Assembly: GCA_903884375.1 (NCBI GenBank)
Contig: CAISER010000020.1
Span: 1-52,762 of the forward strand
From: Candidatus Collierbacteria bacterium
GTDB taxonomy: Bacteria > Patescibacteriota > Microgenomatia > UBA1400 > MFAQ01
DNA length: 52,762 bases
Direction: 5' to 3'
The notes beneath the pieces are model-generated. The model did not search any database. It was not told the DNA's origin and worked only from the letters and a program-made list of their open reading frames with translations. Positions 27,351 through 36,422 of the stretch are shown here, piece by piece (position 1 is the stretch's first letter; every line of letters starts with the position of its first letter). A program made the translations under genes and the position numbers.

Positions 27351-29001
27351 AATGAAGTAGGTAAAAGGCTGGAGTCCTATTGGGATAGTTTACTTGATCT
27401 ATGATATTTGGTTTTAAAATATCAGTTAATTTTTCGGCTTTAATAATCACGAGATTCCCTGGGACAAGATCGACTGAAGAATCAAATGACCTAAAAACAT
27501 AATTTTTAAGCGAATAGCTTTCAATCATGTCCAAGAAAAGAAGATTATTATTTTTAATAATCGGCCACCAATTCTCCGAAAAGGTTTGATATTCCACCGG
27601 ATTTATTTTGTTGTAAAAAGCGAAAAAGACTTGAGATTGATTGCCTTTGTCTATAATTACTTTTGAATAATCATTTTGATATTGGTTTATTTTGACGATC
27701 AAATCCCGATACCCTGTGGACATGGCCGATGGATACTTAACCGGCCAGACAAATAAATAATTGTTGAGATAAAAAAGAAAAGAGCCAAAAACAATAAAGG
27801 AAATAAATATCTTTGAAATACTTTTTCTTATAAATGTAAAATTTCCAAGAAGTTCCACGAAACCAAAGGCTGAAATGAGCTCAAAAAGACACATTAGTGA
27901 ACCTGCTCTATTTGGCCGATAGCCTTCTTTGGTGATGGCTGCCGGAATAATGCCAATGAGTAACCAAAGAAGAAATATTAGTGATGTTTTATCTTTTCTT
28001 TTTGCAAGAGAATAGGCACCATAAATTAACATGGGGATCATCCAAAAATATAGAAGGCCTGTCCCGGGAATAATGGCGTAGGAAATTTCTCGACCGCTCT
28101 CGGCAAACCAAAAAGCCGGTGAAAGGTAACTTAAATAATTTTGATAAAAACTGTTTACGGCAAAGGTAAGTTTGTTGTTTAAGATTCGAGTAATTTGAGG
28201 ATTAATTTTATTTAGAGGAGAGAGATATTGGATTGAACTTATCTCCTGTAAATTTTCTTTTGAAAAATTGGTGATGATAAGATCTTTTCCCCTAACGTTT
28301 CCGGGGCCAAAAAATGAGTCGAGATATATTGGAGTACCAAAAAAGGCAAGAACGCAGAGAAAAATACTGATGAATTTGGGCTTGATTTGTTTTAAATGAT
28401 CACGATATACGATAAGGATTCCGAGAATAAATAAGGGAATAAATATTTTGGCTGCCAAATAGCTATATAAATCCAAACCGAAGAATAATGATGACCATAT
28501 TAAATTCCTTGGTTTTGAAAGTCCTTTGATAAAAAACAATAAGCCACCGGTAAAGAAAAATGAGGCGTAGTTGGCCTCAAGTGCCATTCGGGAAAATTGA
28601 AGATGCCATGGAGAAATAGCTAGGAATAATGAGGCAAATATAGCAACTTTTTCTTGTTTGGGAAATAATGCTTTTGCCAGAAAGAACAATAGAATAATGG
28701 CTAAACTGCCAAAAATGGCCGAGGGGAACCTGACCGCAAATTCATTCAAGCCAAAAATGGCAATACTGGGAATCATAAGATATGTCTGAAGTGGGGCGCG
28801 ATAGTCCGCAAAAGCTCTGAAGCTGGTTATCGGCCAAGGAATCCCCCACTCGTCTTTACCTGTTTTAAGTAACGAAAAAGCCGTGTAACCTTGACTGGCT
28901 TCATCAGGAGTAAAACCTGTGGGAGCCGAGCCAAGACAAATAATTCTTAACAATAGACCGACAATGAAAACTATCCCTAGGATAAAAAAGGGTCTTTTCA
29001 T
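27337..29001 (-). CDS. GT-C glycosyltransferase, ArnT/PMT-like, tandem paralogue 4 of 6
   Basis: The ORF track extends to 29097, but that overlaps the upstream gene by 71 nt and adds a non-homologous 32-aa leader. Starting at the internal ATG (complement of 28999-29001) gives MKRPFFILGIVFIVGLLLRI..., colinear with the paralogues. Motifs: FTPDEASQGYTAFSLLKTGKDEWGIPWP...FRAFADYRAPLQTYL; SPWHLQFSRMALEAN. Confidence 0.75.
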   Translation of the reverse strand: MKRPFFILGIVFIVGLLLRIICLGSAPTGFTPDEASQGYTAFSLLKTGKDEWGIPWPITSFRAFADYRAPLQTYLMIPSIAIFGLNEFAVRFPSAIFGSLAIILLFFLAKALFPKQEKVAIFASLFLAISPWHLQFSRMALEANYASFFFTGGLLFFIKGLSKPRNLIWSSLFFGLDLYSYLAAKIFIPLFILGILIVYRDHLKQIKPKFISIFLCVLAFFGTPIYLDSFFGPGNVRGKDLIITNFSKENLQEISSIQYLSPLNKINPQITRILNNKLTFAVNSFYQNYLSYLSPAFWFAESGREISYAIIPGTGLLYFWMIPMLIYGAYSLAKRKDKTSLIFLLWLLIGIIPAAITKEGYRPNRAGSLMCLFELISAFGFVELLGNFTFIRKSISKIFISFIVFGSFLFYLNNYLFVWPVKYPSAMSTGYRDLIVKINQYQNDYSKVIIDKGNQSQVFFAFYNKINPVEYQTFSENWWPIIKNNNLLFLDMIESYSLKNYVFRSFDSSVDLVPGNLVIIKAEKLTDILKPNIIDQVNYPNRTPAFYLLHYVQK

Positions 29002-29026
29002 ATAATCATTATAATTCCTTGATGAG

Positions 29027-30733
29027 CTAACGGAAACTTTTGTTTGTATTAAGGACATAAAAGACAGGGAATAGCGTAGGGAACTTGATTGTTTCATCGA
29101 TTAGATGGCTAAGTTCCCCGGTTTCAAGATATTCATTGTAAGTAACGACATAGACAGCATCTTTAATTTGGAAGGGATTTGGGAGTTTTTTGTCGGTAAT
29201 TGAGGCAAAATAGATGTTTGTCCCAGTAAGTTTTTCACCTTCGATATTTAACTTTTGATCGACTTTCTCAAGAAAAGTATTGGTTTTATAGATTTCCTGA
29301 AATTTTGCAGCCGGAAAATCGGAGTAATATAGATAGAAAATCAAGGGAGGTTCATAGTTTCTGGTGATTATTAAGGGGCGATTGATGTACTTTTTTGTGT
29401 TTTGAATGACTTGTTTTAAACCATAATGCCAGTCCCTTTGCGAGTCATACTGATAATGGTACCAGTAGTCATGAAAATAAAAGAATGACTCAAATAAAAA
29501 GAGTCCTGTCAAAAGAATGGTAAGTATTTTTGATTTATTTTGAAGGTTATAAACACCCGTAGTTATCAACAAAACGAGAGGTAAAATCATCATGTAATTT
29601 CTTGAAGCATGGTTTAGTCCATCTCTCGTCAGAACTGCCGGAGTAGTCGCCGAAAGCCAAAGAATGGCTAAAAATAATAAAAATCTATTATGTTTCCCCG
29701 AAATAATAAAATAAATTCCCAAGAGGAGCGGAATCATCAAACTTTTTTCCAACATCCCCCAGTTTTTTAGAGCATGACGTTGATTTGGATCACCAGACAA
29801 AAACAAGAATCCTGATGAAGCGGGGTTAATAAAATTGGTGGTGATGAAATTTGTGAGACTGATTAACTTGTTGTGAACAATTTTGCTATTTAACCCCGGA
29901 ACCGAACCGACAGTAGCGTTTGGACCAAGATCAATTTCTCGTTTGGCATTTATTTCGGTTGGAATTGTAGGGTCGGTAAAGATCGTTATTTCTCCAAAAC
30001 GTTTTCCGGCTCCCCCATTTAGAAGAAGAATGAACAAGGGAATAAAAAGAATCGATAAGATAATCCAATTTATTTTATTTTTTAAGTATTCAAAACCTCC
30101 CGGTATTAGAGAGATAATCAAGGGATAAAAAATGACCGACAGTTTGGCTGTGCTGTAAACCATGGGAACAAGGGACAACAAAATAAGACCAATGATTAAG
30201 TAGCTTTTTTTATTGCCAATTAGAAATTTTGTATAGAAAAATAGTCCTGCAATCACAAAGAATAAGAGCATTGAAAGTTCAAATCCTGCGCGGGAGTAAG
30301 TATAGTGCCATGGAAGAAGAGAGAGAACCAACGAAGACCAAATCCCCGGAAATATTTTTGATTTATTATTTATCAAACCAAAAAGAGTAAATAGATTATT
30401 TACCAAAAAGAATATTAAAATTATCGAAAGAACCGAGAAAATAGCTGGAGTTAATCGGATTGCCGTGTCGATTGATATTTTTGGAAGGAGGGAGATGAGA
30501 GCTGTCGAGTAAATTGGTAGTGAAGTACGGACATCACTGAAAGAGTGAAATTGAAGGGGAAGAAAATTTCCTTGATAATCTTTTCCTGTAGAAAGAAACG
30601 ACTTGACTTGATAACCGATGTCAACTTCATCAGCGAAAAGACTTGGAGGATTAAAATCAAGTTTGTATAAACGTAAAAAACCTGCCAGGAATATTATAAC
30701 TACCAAGGCAATGATTGATAAATTCTTATGCAT
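29027..30733 (-). CDS. GT-C glycosyltransferase, ArnT/PMT-like, tandem paralogue 5 of 6 (divergent subgroup)
   Basis: 568 aa. LFADEVDIGYQVKSFLSTGKDYQGNFLPLQFHSFSDVRTSLPIY; LPWHYTYSRAGFELS; C-terminal WHYGLKQ...EPPLIFYLYYSDFPAAKFQ. Confidence 0.75.
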   Translation of the reverse strand: MHKNLSIIALVVIIFLAGFLRLYKLDFNPPSLFADEVDIGYQVKSFLSTGKDYQGNFLPLQFHSFSDVRTSLPIYSTALISLLPKISIDTAIRLTPAIFSVLSIILIFFLVNNLFTLFGLINNKSKIFPGIWSSLVLSLLPWHYTYSRAGFELSMLLFFVIAGLFFYTKFLIGNKKSYLIIGLILLSLVPMVYSTAKLSVIFYPLIISLIPGGFEYLKNKINWIILSILFIPLFILLLNGGAGKRFGEITIFTDPTIPTEINAKREIDLGPNATVGSVPGLNSKIVHNKLISLTNFITTNFINPASSGFLFLSGDPNQRHALKNWGMLEKSLMIPLLLGIYFIISGKHNRFLLFLAILWLSATTPAVLTRDGLNHASRNYMMILPLVLLITTGVYNLQNKSKILTILLTGLFLFESFFYFHDYWYHYQYDSQRDWHYGLKQVIQNTKKYINRPLIITRNYEPPLIFYLYYSDFPAAKFQEIYKTNTFLEKVDQKLNIEGEKLTGTNIYFASITDKKLPNPFQIKDAVYVVTYNEYLETGELSHLIDETIKFPTLFPVFYVLNTNKSFR

Positions 30734-30737
30734 ACCC

Positions 30738-32375
30738 TTACAGTTTTATGATGGTGAATAAAGGTTTGCCTAAAATATCTTTGGTGAAGCCAACAGTCTT
30801 AAACATGGATGGTGGATCTTTGGACCAATCCCAGTCCCCTGGAATTTCTTTCATTTGCGCTGCCAGATAAATATCTCCAGGCTGAAGTAGTTTTTGCAAA
30901 TCATCCAAATTACCTGCTTGGCCAAAATAGTAATTATCTCCAAAACGGAAACCCGTAAAGTATTTTCCTTTGTATGATTCCTGATTATCTCCCTGGAAAT
31001 CTTTTTGAAATTTTGCTGGAGGGTACTTTGTGTAAAAAGCAAACCTTAGTAGAGATGGTTTGTAAGTGTTATTAATATATATATTTTTGGCATTTGCCAA
31101 TTGTGGTTTTAGTTGAGTAAAAATACTCTCATAGCCAAAGTCCCAAAATTGAGCCGAGTCGTATTTGTAGTGAATGGAATATTGATGAAAATAATTGGCG
31201 AAAGAGAATAAAAATAACGAGCCAATTATAGAGATGAATATTTTTTTAAATTTAATTTTGGAAATTAATTCCCCAAAACCAAGTCCGGTGATTATTACTA
31301 GTGGAGGTACCATAAGGAAAAGTCTGGTAGCATGATCTCCCCCACCCTGAGTAAGACTTGAGGGAAAAGGTGAAAGAAACATCCAGAGAATTATTAATTT
31401 ATTATGTTTTTCTGAAATATTTTTTAGTAGAGTAAATAAACCTAGTAAAAAGAAGGGGAGGAAAATCCAGAGCAGTTCACCTTGTTCACTTATTGAGTGA
31501 CGGAAAAAGGGGTCACCTTTGAGAAAAAGAAACTGAGGAGAAAGAGCGGTAATATAGTTTGAACCAATAGCTGTAGCGAAGGCTGCATATTTGTTATGAA
31601 AGACTGTTTCTATTAGTGAAGCTTTTATCCAGGGATCTGTTCTTTTGATTATTAGCTCATCTATAATCTTTTGATCGCTGAAAACACTGATAAGACCAAA
31701 GCGATTGGCTGCTTGGCCAAACAAAACGTTATAGACCATGGGTAAAACAATCAAGGTAGGAATAATCAATCTAGCCCAGTTCTTTTTTAGATTAAGCGCG
31801 GGACGGTAAATTAGAAGAAGCCCAATTATAAATAAGGGGGTAAAGACGTTGGCGGTTGAGTAGGTATAAAAAGTGAGAATAAAGGGAATGAGGCATGTAA
31901 AATATTTCTGTTTGACAAAAAGATAGGTTCCCAAAAGGAGGAAAAAAGTGAGAGGAACAACTTCGAATGAAGCTCTGGAGTAATGAATATGCCAAGGAGT
32001 GATGGCTAAGACAAACGCTGACAGAAGCGCTAAGGTATTGTTTTTGGAGAAGAGTTTGACCAGAAGGAAAAGAAGATAGACGGAGGCAACACCAAGAAGA
32101 GCGACCGGAAGTCTAACGGCAAAGGTGGTTGGACCGAGAATCCCAACAAAAGGGGCTGTGAGATACATAAGAAGTGGTGCTCTCCACTCCGATAGACTAT
32201 GAATATACGAAGGAAGAAAATTGCCCATGTAGTCTTTGCCGGTAGTTATTAGAGACCAAGCATGGTAACCAACATCGACTTCATCACCAAAAAGAGATAT
32301 CGGTAAAAAGTTCAGATTGACTAAACGGAAAAAAGCCGCGATTGATAAGATACCGATAAAAATAATATTGATCAT
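30738..32375 (-). CDS. GT-C glycosyltransferase, ArnT/PMT-like, tandem paralogue 6 of 6 (divergent subgroup)
   Basis: 545 aa. LFGDEVDVGYHAWSLITTGKDYMGNFLPSYIHSLSEWRAPLLMYL; TPWHIHYSRASFEVV; C-terminal WDFGYES...YKPSLLRFAFYTKYPPAKFQ. Confidence 0.75.
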   Translation of the reverse strand: MINIIFIGILSIAAFFRLVNLNFLPISLFGDEVDVGYHAWSLITTGKDYMGNFLPSYIHSLSEWRAPLLMYLTAPFVGILGPTTFAVRLPVALLGVASVYLLFLLVKLFSKNNTLALLSAFVLAITPWHIHYSRASFEVVPLTFFLLLGTYLFVKQKYFTCLIPFILTFYTYSTANVFTPLFIIGLLLIYRPALNLKKNWARLIIPTLIVLPMVYNVLFGQAANRFGLISVFSDQKIIDELIIKRTDPWIKASLIETVFHNKYAAFATAIGSNYITALSPQFLFLKGDPFFRHSISEQGELLWIFLPFFLLGLFTLLKNISEKHNKLIILWMFLSPFPSSLTQGGGDHATRLFLMVPPLVIITGLGFGELISKIKFKKIFISIIGSLFLFSFANYFHQYSIHYKYDSAQFWDFGYESIFTQLKPQLANAKNIYINNTYKPSLLRFAFYTKYPPAKFQKDFQGDNQESYKGKYFTGFRFGDNYYFGQAGNLDDLQKLLQPGDIYLAAQMKEIPGDWDWSKDPPSMFKTVGFTKDILGKPLFTIIKL

Positions 32376-33517
32376 ATAAAAGGAAGTCTTAGACTCCAGT
32401 ATAGGTTATACATATGATAAGACGATAACAAAAGAAAATCTAATAGGTATCTCGAAAAAATTCCTGGGGTAAGTAAACAAAACATAATAGCGGGGGCAAG
32501 ATGACGTTCGTGAACACGGGTTTGAATAAAGAAAACTAAAAGGGACCAGATAAAGAGATAATTGAGAAGGCGAATGATGGAAAAATTTTTATGTAGTTTT
32601 ATTAACAGATAAGCCAAGGAGATAAGGAGAATAAAAATTGATATTGATCTAACCGATAGAGGTCCAAATAATATGGTGTCTTCGGTACCGATGGGAAAAA
32701 TAAAATGCCAGATATTCCAAGCGGCGTCACTTACCAAGTTAGAAGAACCGGAAAGCGTTTGAAAATATATCCTTATTGCCGAACCCGGGCCAAGTCTAAT
32801 AAGAAGGAATGAGGTAAAAAAAGTTGCCAGTGAAAGAATAATTCCCTTAAAAAGTTCATCTTTATTCATTTGTTTTAACCAAAGAATTAAATAGAGGGGG
32901 GCAAACCAGAGAGTTGTTTGTTTGGTAAGTACACCAAGAGCAAATATAAAAATTGAAAGTAGCCGATACGGAGAGTAAATAGCGATATAAAGTGACCAAA
33001 CAAGAAAAAGATTGGTCAAAGGCTCAATTTGGCCCCAGACAGATGAGATATAAATAACGGCCGGATTGAAAAGATAAAGAGCGGACAACAACAAAGGTTT
33101 TATTGATTGTCGTTTTTCGAGGAATTTGAAAATTAATATAAAGGTAAAAATATCTGCTAGAATCCCCGGAAATTTGAGAAAGGCATAACGCATATTTTCA
33201 CTAATAAATAGAGGAACCAAAAATGATGGAAATATGTCAATTGATTTATTTAGAAAAAGAATTAGTCCGGTAATTGCCTGATGAAAAAGATTGGCGACAG
33301 AAAAAAATATGATGGCTAACGGAGGGTAATTTGGGTCATTGAATCCCGGAAAATGGCGAGAATAAAAACCAACCGGATCGTTAAGGAGACCATTCCCCCA
33401 AGCAAAATGGTTTTTGATATCTCCTGAGTATTGAAAATAAGCAATAGCTAATCTAATAATTAATCCCAATACCAAAACTAGCCAAAAAATACGTTTATTT
33501 TTGTCTGTTTTCGCCAT
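32372..33517 (-). CDS. Small polytopic GT-C-like glycosyltransferase with an ALG6/ALG8-like (GT57-like) first-loop motif
   Basis: 381 aa, all-helical membrane protein. The first loop YSGDIKNHFAWGNGLL...FYSRHFPGFNDPNYPPLAIIFF resembles my memory of the ALG6/ALG8 signature (GD-x4-R/H-x-W ... DYPPL). From memory, not searched. Confidence 0.45.
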   Translation of the reverse strand: MAKTDKNKRIFWLVLVLGLIIRLAIAYFQYSGDIKNHFAWGNGLLNDPVGFYSRHFPGFNDPNYPPLAIIFFSVANLFHQAITGLILFLNKSIDIFPSFLVPLFISENMRYAFLKFPGILADIFTFILIFKFLEKRQSIKPLLLSALYLFNPAVIYISSVWGQIEPLTNLFLVWSLYIAIYSPYRLLSIFIFALGVLTKQTTLWFAPLYLILWLKQMNKDELFKGIILSLATFFTSFLLIRLGPGSAIRIYFQTLSGSSNLVSDAAWNIWHFIFPIGTEDTILFGPLSVRSISIFILLISLAYLLIKLHKNFSIIRLLNYLFIWSLLVFFIQTRVHERHLAPAIMFCLLTPGIFSRYLLDFLLLSSYHMYNLYWSLRLPFI

Positions 33518-34712
33518 AAAGAAGTGATATTAGTGAGGCAAGAATACCGGCTCGTGCGAAAAGTACCAGATTCGAGTTTTGCAGAGGATTGTAGGTGGTG
33601 GGGGTAAAAACATTTTTGAAAGAGAGAAACATTCCAAGACTTTGGGACGGATCAAAAGAAACCCAGATTATCGCCCAAAAACAAATGAGCGTTATCCATA
33701 AATAATGTCTTCCGGTGGAAATTGAAAAATATAATAACCAAGGCATTAACCAGAGAAACCATTGAGGATGAAAATGATTAAAAGCTAGGGTTGAAAGAAT
33801 GGTAAGCCCGATTGATTTGATAAGACTTAGTTTGCCACGATATAAAAGAAGAGAAATAAAGATATAAGCAACATAAAGCCAAGGAATGGAGGTTCCCGGA
33901 GAGATAGCAATACCAGCATAAGTTGATTTCTCCGTCAGAGAAGCAAGAAGGGCATACATTTTGAATGAGGGTGAACTAAGATAGGGAATAATAAAAGCCA
34001 ACCAAACAGCAATTCCGGGAACTAGAGCAAGAATTGCTTTTTTAATACCATCTTTTTTAAAGGAATTAATGGCCATTAAGGGTAATAGTGCTAAACCAAA
34101 TGGCTTAATTAAAGCCGAAAGAGCAATGAAGACAGAGGCCTTGGAGTATGATTTCTTTTTAAGATAGATTAAGGCTATCAATAGAAAAAAGGTCAGCATG
34201 GTGTCCACCTGACCAACACCGGCAGCGACATGAATTGTGACCGGAGCAAACAACCAAATGAGCTGGGCTAGACGACCATTTTCTTTACTCGAAAATAGTT
34301 TGGGAAGAAAAATTAAAGTAAGAAAACCAAAGATAAGGAAAGGAAGTTTAAAAACAAATAAAGGAAAGAAAGTTTTGTAACCTTGAAATAGAGCATTATC
34401 ATCCAAGGTTATAATATCAACTGCTTTATTTAGTATTCCGGAGAAGGGAATATGAACAATTGAAGGAATTAAATAGGCAAGTGGGGGGTAAATAAAAATA
34501 TCGTCTCCGTAAATCTTTTTGACCAGATCATTTTGAGGAAGTTTTGAAACATGATCATAAAATGTTAGGACTTCTCCACTACTGATAAATTTTGAGGCTA
34601 AAACAAAGGCTCGAAGATCCGGATGATAGGTGGTGATGGAGATAAAAAATTGAATTAAGATACCAAGAATGATTAAGGGAAAAAAGAATTTGGTGGTTAT
34701 TTTTTTGACCAT
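33495..34712 (-). CDS. Small polytopic GT-C-like glycosyltransferase (DUF2029/GT87-like)
   Basis: 405 aa. HPDLRAFVLASKFISSGEVLTFYDH...IYGDDIFIYPPLAYLIPS, then about 10 TM helices. An acidic residue in loop 1 plus an aromatic-YPPL motif is the pattern I associate with DUF2029-type polyprenyl-phosphate-sugar-dependent transferases. Confidence 0.45.
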   Translation of the reverse strand: MVKKITTKFFFPLIILGILIQFFISITTYHPDLRAFVLASKFISSGEVLTFYDHVSKLPQNDLVKKIYGDDIFIYPPLAYLIPSIVHIPFSGILNKAVDIITLDDNALFQGYKTFFPLFVFKLPFLIFGFLTLIFLPKLFSSKENGRLAQLIWLFAPVTIHVAAGVGQVDTMLTFFLLIALIYLKKKSYSKASVFIALSALIKPFGLALLPLMAINSFKKDGIKKAILALVPGIAVWLAFIIPYLSSPSFKMYALLASLTEKSTYAGIAISPGTSIPWLYVAYIFISLLLYRGKLSLIKSIGLTILSTLAFNHFHPQWFLWLMPWLLYFSISTGRHYLWITLICFWAIIWVSFDPSQSLGMFLSFKNVFTPTTYNPLQNSNLVLFARAGILASLISLLYGENRQK

Positions 34713-35518
34713 GTTAATTTTTTAATTATTTTTTGCCATTTTTGGCCAATCCATAAAACAATATTTAGAACATCCGAACCAAATTTCCCATGATAAATTT
34801 CTGCCGACTTGGCTAACGGGCTGGAGAGATGTGAAGAAAAATTGCCACTGGCACCATGGGTATGCATGACTTGGGCTTTGGGATAGTAATAGACGGGAAG
34901 ATTAAATTTGTGCAAACGGCGACAGTATTCAACATCTTCATAGTATAAAAAGAAACGCTCATCTAATCCGCCGACTTGATTTATCGTCGCTTTAGGAATC
35001 AGGAAGGCTGCCATGACAGCGACATCGACTTTGGTGGTTTTGTTTCCTGGGAAATATTTATTGAAACAGTTTTTGCAGTTGAAAAAATAATATTTTATGG
35101 CATTTCCAATAGTGGGAAACTTGTAGCACGAAGGCTGGATTTTGCCATCATTGTAAAGAAGTTTGGGTGCGACGGCTCCAAGAACCGGATGTTCTTCGGC
35201 AAAATCAAATAATAGTTTTAGGGCGTTGCCCATAATTCGAGTATCGGGATTAATTTGTAAAACATATTTTCCATGAGATTCTCTGATTGCCCAGTTGACT
35301 GCTTTGGACAAACCAACATTTTCGGTGTTAACAAGTACTTTTGGTTTTAATGGATGTTTCTTTGCCAGTTCGACACACTTATCTCCGGGGTAGTTGTCAA
35401 CAACGATAATTTCTTTTTCGAGACCATCTTTGGATTTTTGAATGGAGTTTAGAAACGGAACAATGGTGTCTTCGGATTTATAGCCAACAACGATTATAGA
35501 TAAATCGATATTTTTCAT
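34697..35518 (-). CDS. GT2 glycosyltransferase (COG1216/rhamnosyltransferase-like subfamily)
   Basis: 273 aa. LSIIVVGYKSEDTIVPFLNSI, IIVVDNYPGD, LQINPDTRI, FLYYEDVEYCRRL. Confidence 0.8.
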   Translation of the reverse strand: MKNIDLSIIVVGYKSEDTIVPFLNSIQKSKDGLEKEIIVVDNYPGDKCVELAKKHPLKPKVLVNTENVGLSKAVNWAIRESHGKYVLQINPDTRIMGNALKLLFDFAEEHPVLGAVAPKLLYNDGKIQPSCYKFPTIGNAIKYYFFNCKNCFNKYFPGNKTTKVDVAVMAAFLIPKATINQVGGLDERFFLYYEDVEYCRRLHKFNLPVYYYPKAQVMHTHGASGNFSSHLSSPLAKSAEIYHGKFGSDVLNIVLWIGQKWQKIIKKLTWSKK

Positions 35519-36387
35519 ATTTTTTGATTAAATAAAAATAACACTTCCTTATCGGTTTTTACGAATTGTATTTTTGGTTTGTGAAAAAGGAAACGGATTA
35601 GAGCCACAATAATAATCTTGATATATCCTGGGTGTTTTAGCGCATGTTTGAATAAGAATTTTCGATGATCAAATAAAAGATCTTTATCGGTGATGTTGAT
35701 CCAGGTAAATAGTAGTTCATTTCTTTGCTTTATCAAACTTAAGAAAGATGGATTAATTTTCTTGGCGGTAGATTCGTGTTCGTGGAAAACAAGAGATTCA
35801 TTGTCCCAAATAATCTTGTAGCCGGATTTCCAGGCTCGATAACCTATATCGATATCTTCCCAGTAAAATGGAGCATATATTTCATCTAAACCACCTAATT
35901 TATCCCAAATATTTCTTTTAAAGATGGCGCTTCCTCCCGATGCCCAGGCGGTGTAACACGGTTTTGATTTCTCTTTTCCCCTCGTGAACTGAATTTTCCC
36001 TTCCCAACTAACTTGAGGCCAAGAGGATTCGTTTTCATTAAAAGAGACGGCAAAGATTTTCTCATCATCGAAAAAATGAAGGATATTTTTTAAGTATCCT
36101 TTTTCCGGATGAACATCGTTGTTTAATAAGACAAAATATTCTGCTTTTGACACAGCTACTCCTTGGTTAATAGGCTTGGTAAAACCGAGATTGCTTGTAT
36201 TTTTGACAATTTCGACTTGAGGATAATTTTTGTCCAGCCAATCTATGGTTCCATCGCTACTGCCGTTATCAATGATTATTACTTTATTAAGATAATCTGA
36301 GTTTTTGAATACTTGAGGTAAATGCTTTTCCAACAAGTACTTGCCGTTGAAGCTAGGAATAATAATATCTATCTTTTTTTCAGCCAT
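35515..36387 (-). CDS. GT2 glycosyltransferase (COG1216-like subfamily); first gene of a 13-gene minus-strand run
   Basis: 290 aa. IDIIIPSFNGKYLLEKHL, VIIIDNGSSDGT, LLNNDVHPE, FYWEDIDIGYRAWKSGY. Confidence 0.8.
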   Translation of the reverse strand: MAEKKIDIIIPSFNGKYLLEKHLPQVFKNSDYLNKVIIIDNGSSDGTIDWLDKNYPQVEIVKNTSNLGFTKPINQGVAVSKAEYFVLLNNDVHPEKGYLKNILHFFDDEKIFAVSFNENESSWPQVSWEGKIQFTRGKEKSKPCYTAWASGGSAIFKRNIWDKLGGLDEIYAPFYWEDIDIGYRAWKSGYKIIWDNESLVFHEHESTAKKINPSFLSLIKQRNELLFTWINITDKDLLFDHRKFLFKHALKHPGYIKIIIVALIRFLFHKPKIQFVKTDKEVLFLFNQKI

Positions 36388-36422
36388 CTCCCTAAGTATA
36401 TTACAATCCTAATGTTAGAATT

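Noticed and set aside
29002-29097. Extended N-terminus (MKQSSSLRYSLSFMSLIQTKVSVSSSRNYNDY) of GT-C paralogue 4 given by the ORF track
   Set aside because: The extension overlaps the upstream gene by 71 nt, is hydrophilic, and has no counterpart in the five paralogues. The internal ATG at 29001 gives an N-terminus colinear with them.
22391-32375. The six-gene GT-C array as an assembly artefact or a recent recombination-prone DNA repeat
   Set aside because: The paralogues share motifs only at the protein level and differ throughout in sequence and length (545-568 aa). I saw no extended nucleotide identity, so collapsed or duplicated assembly is unlikely.
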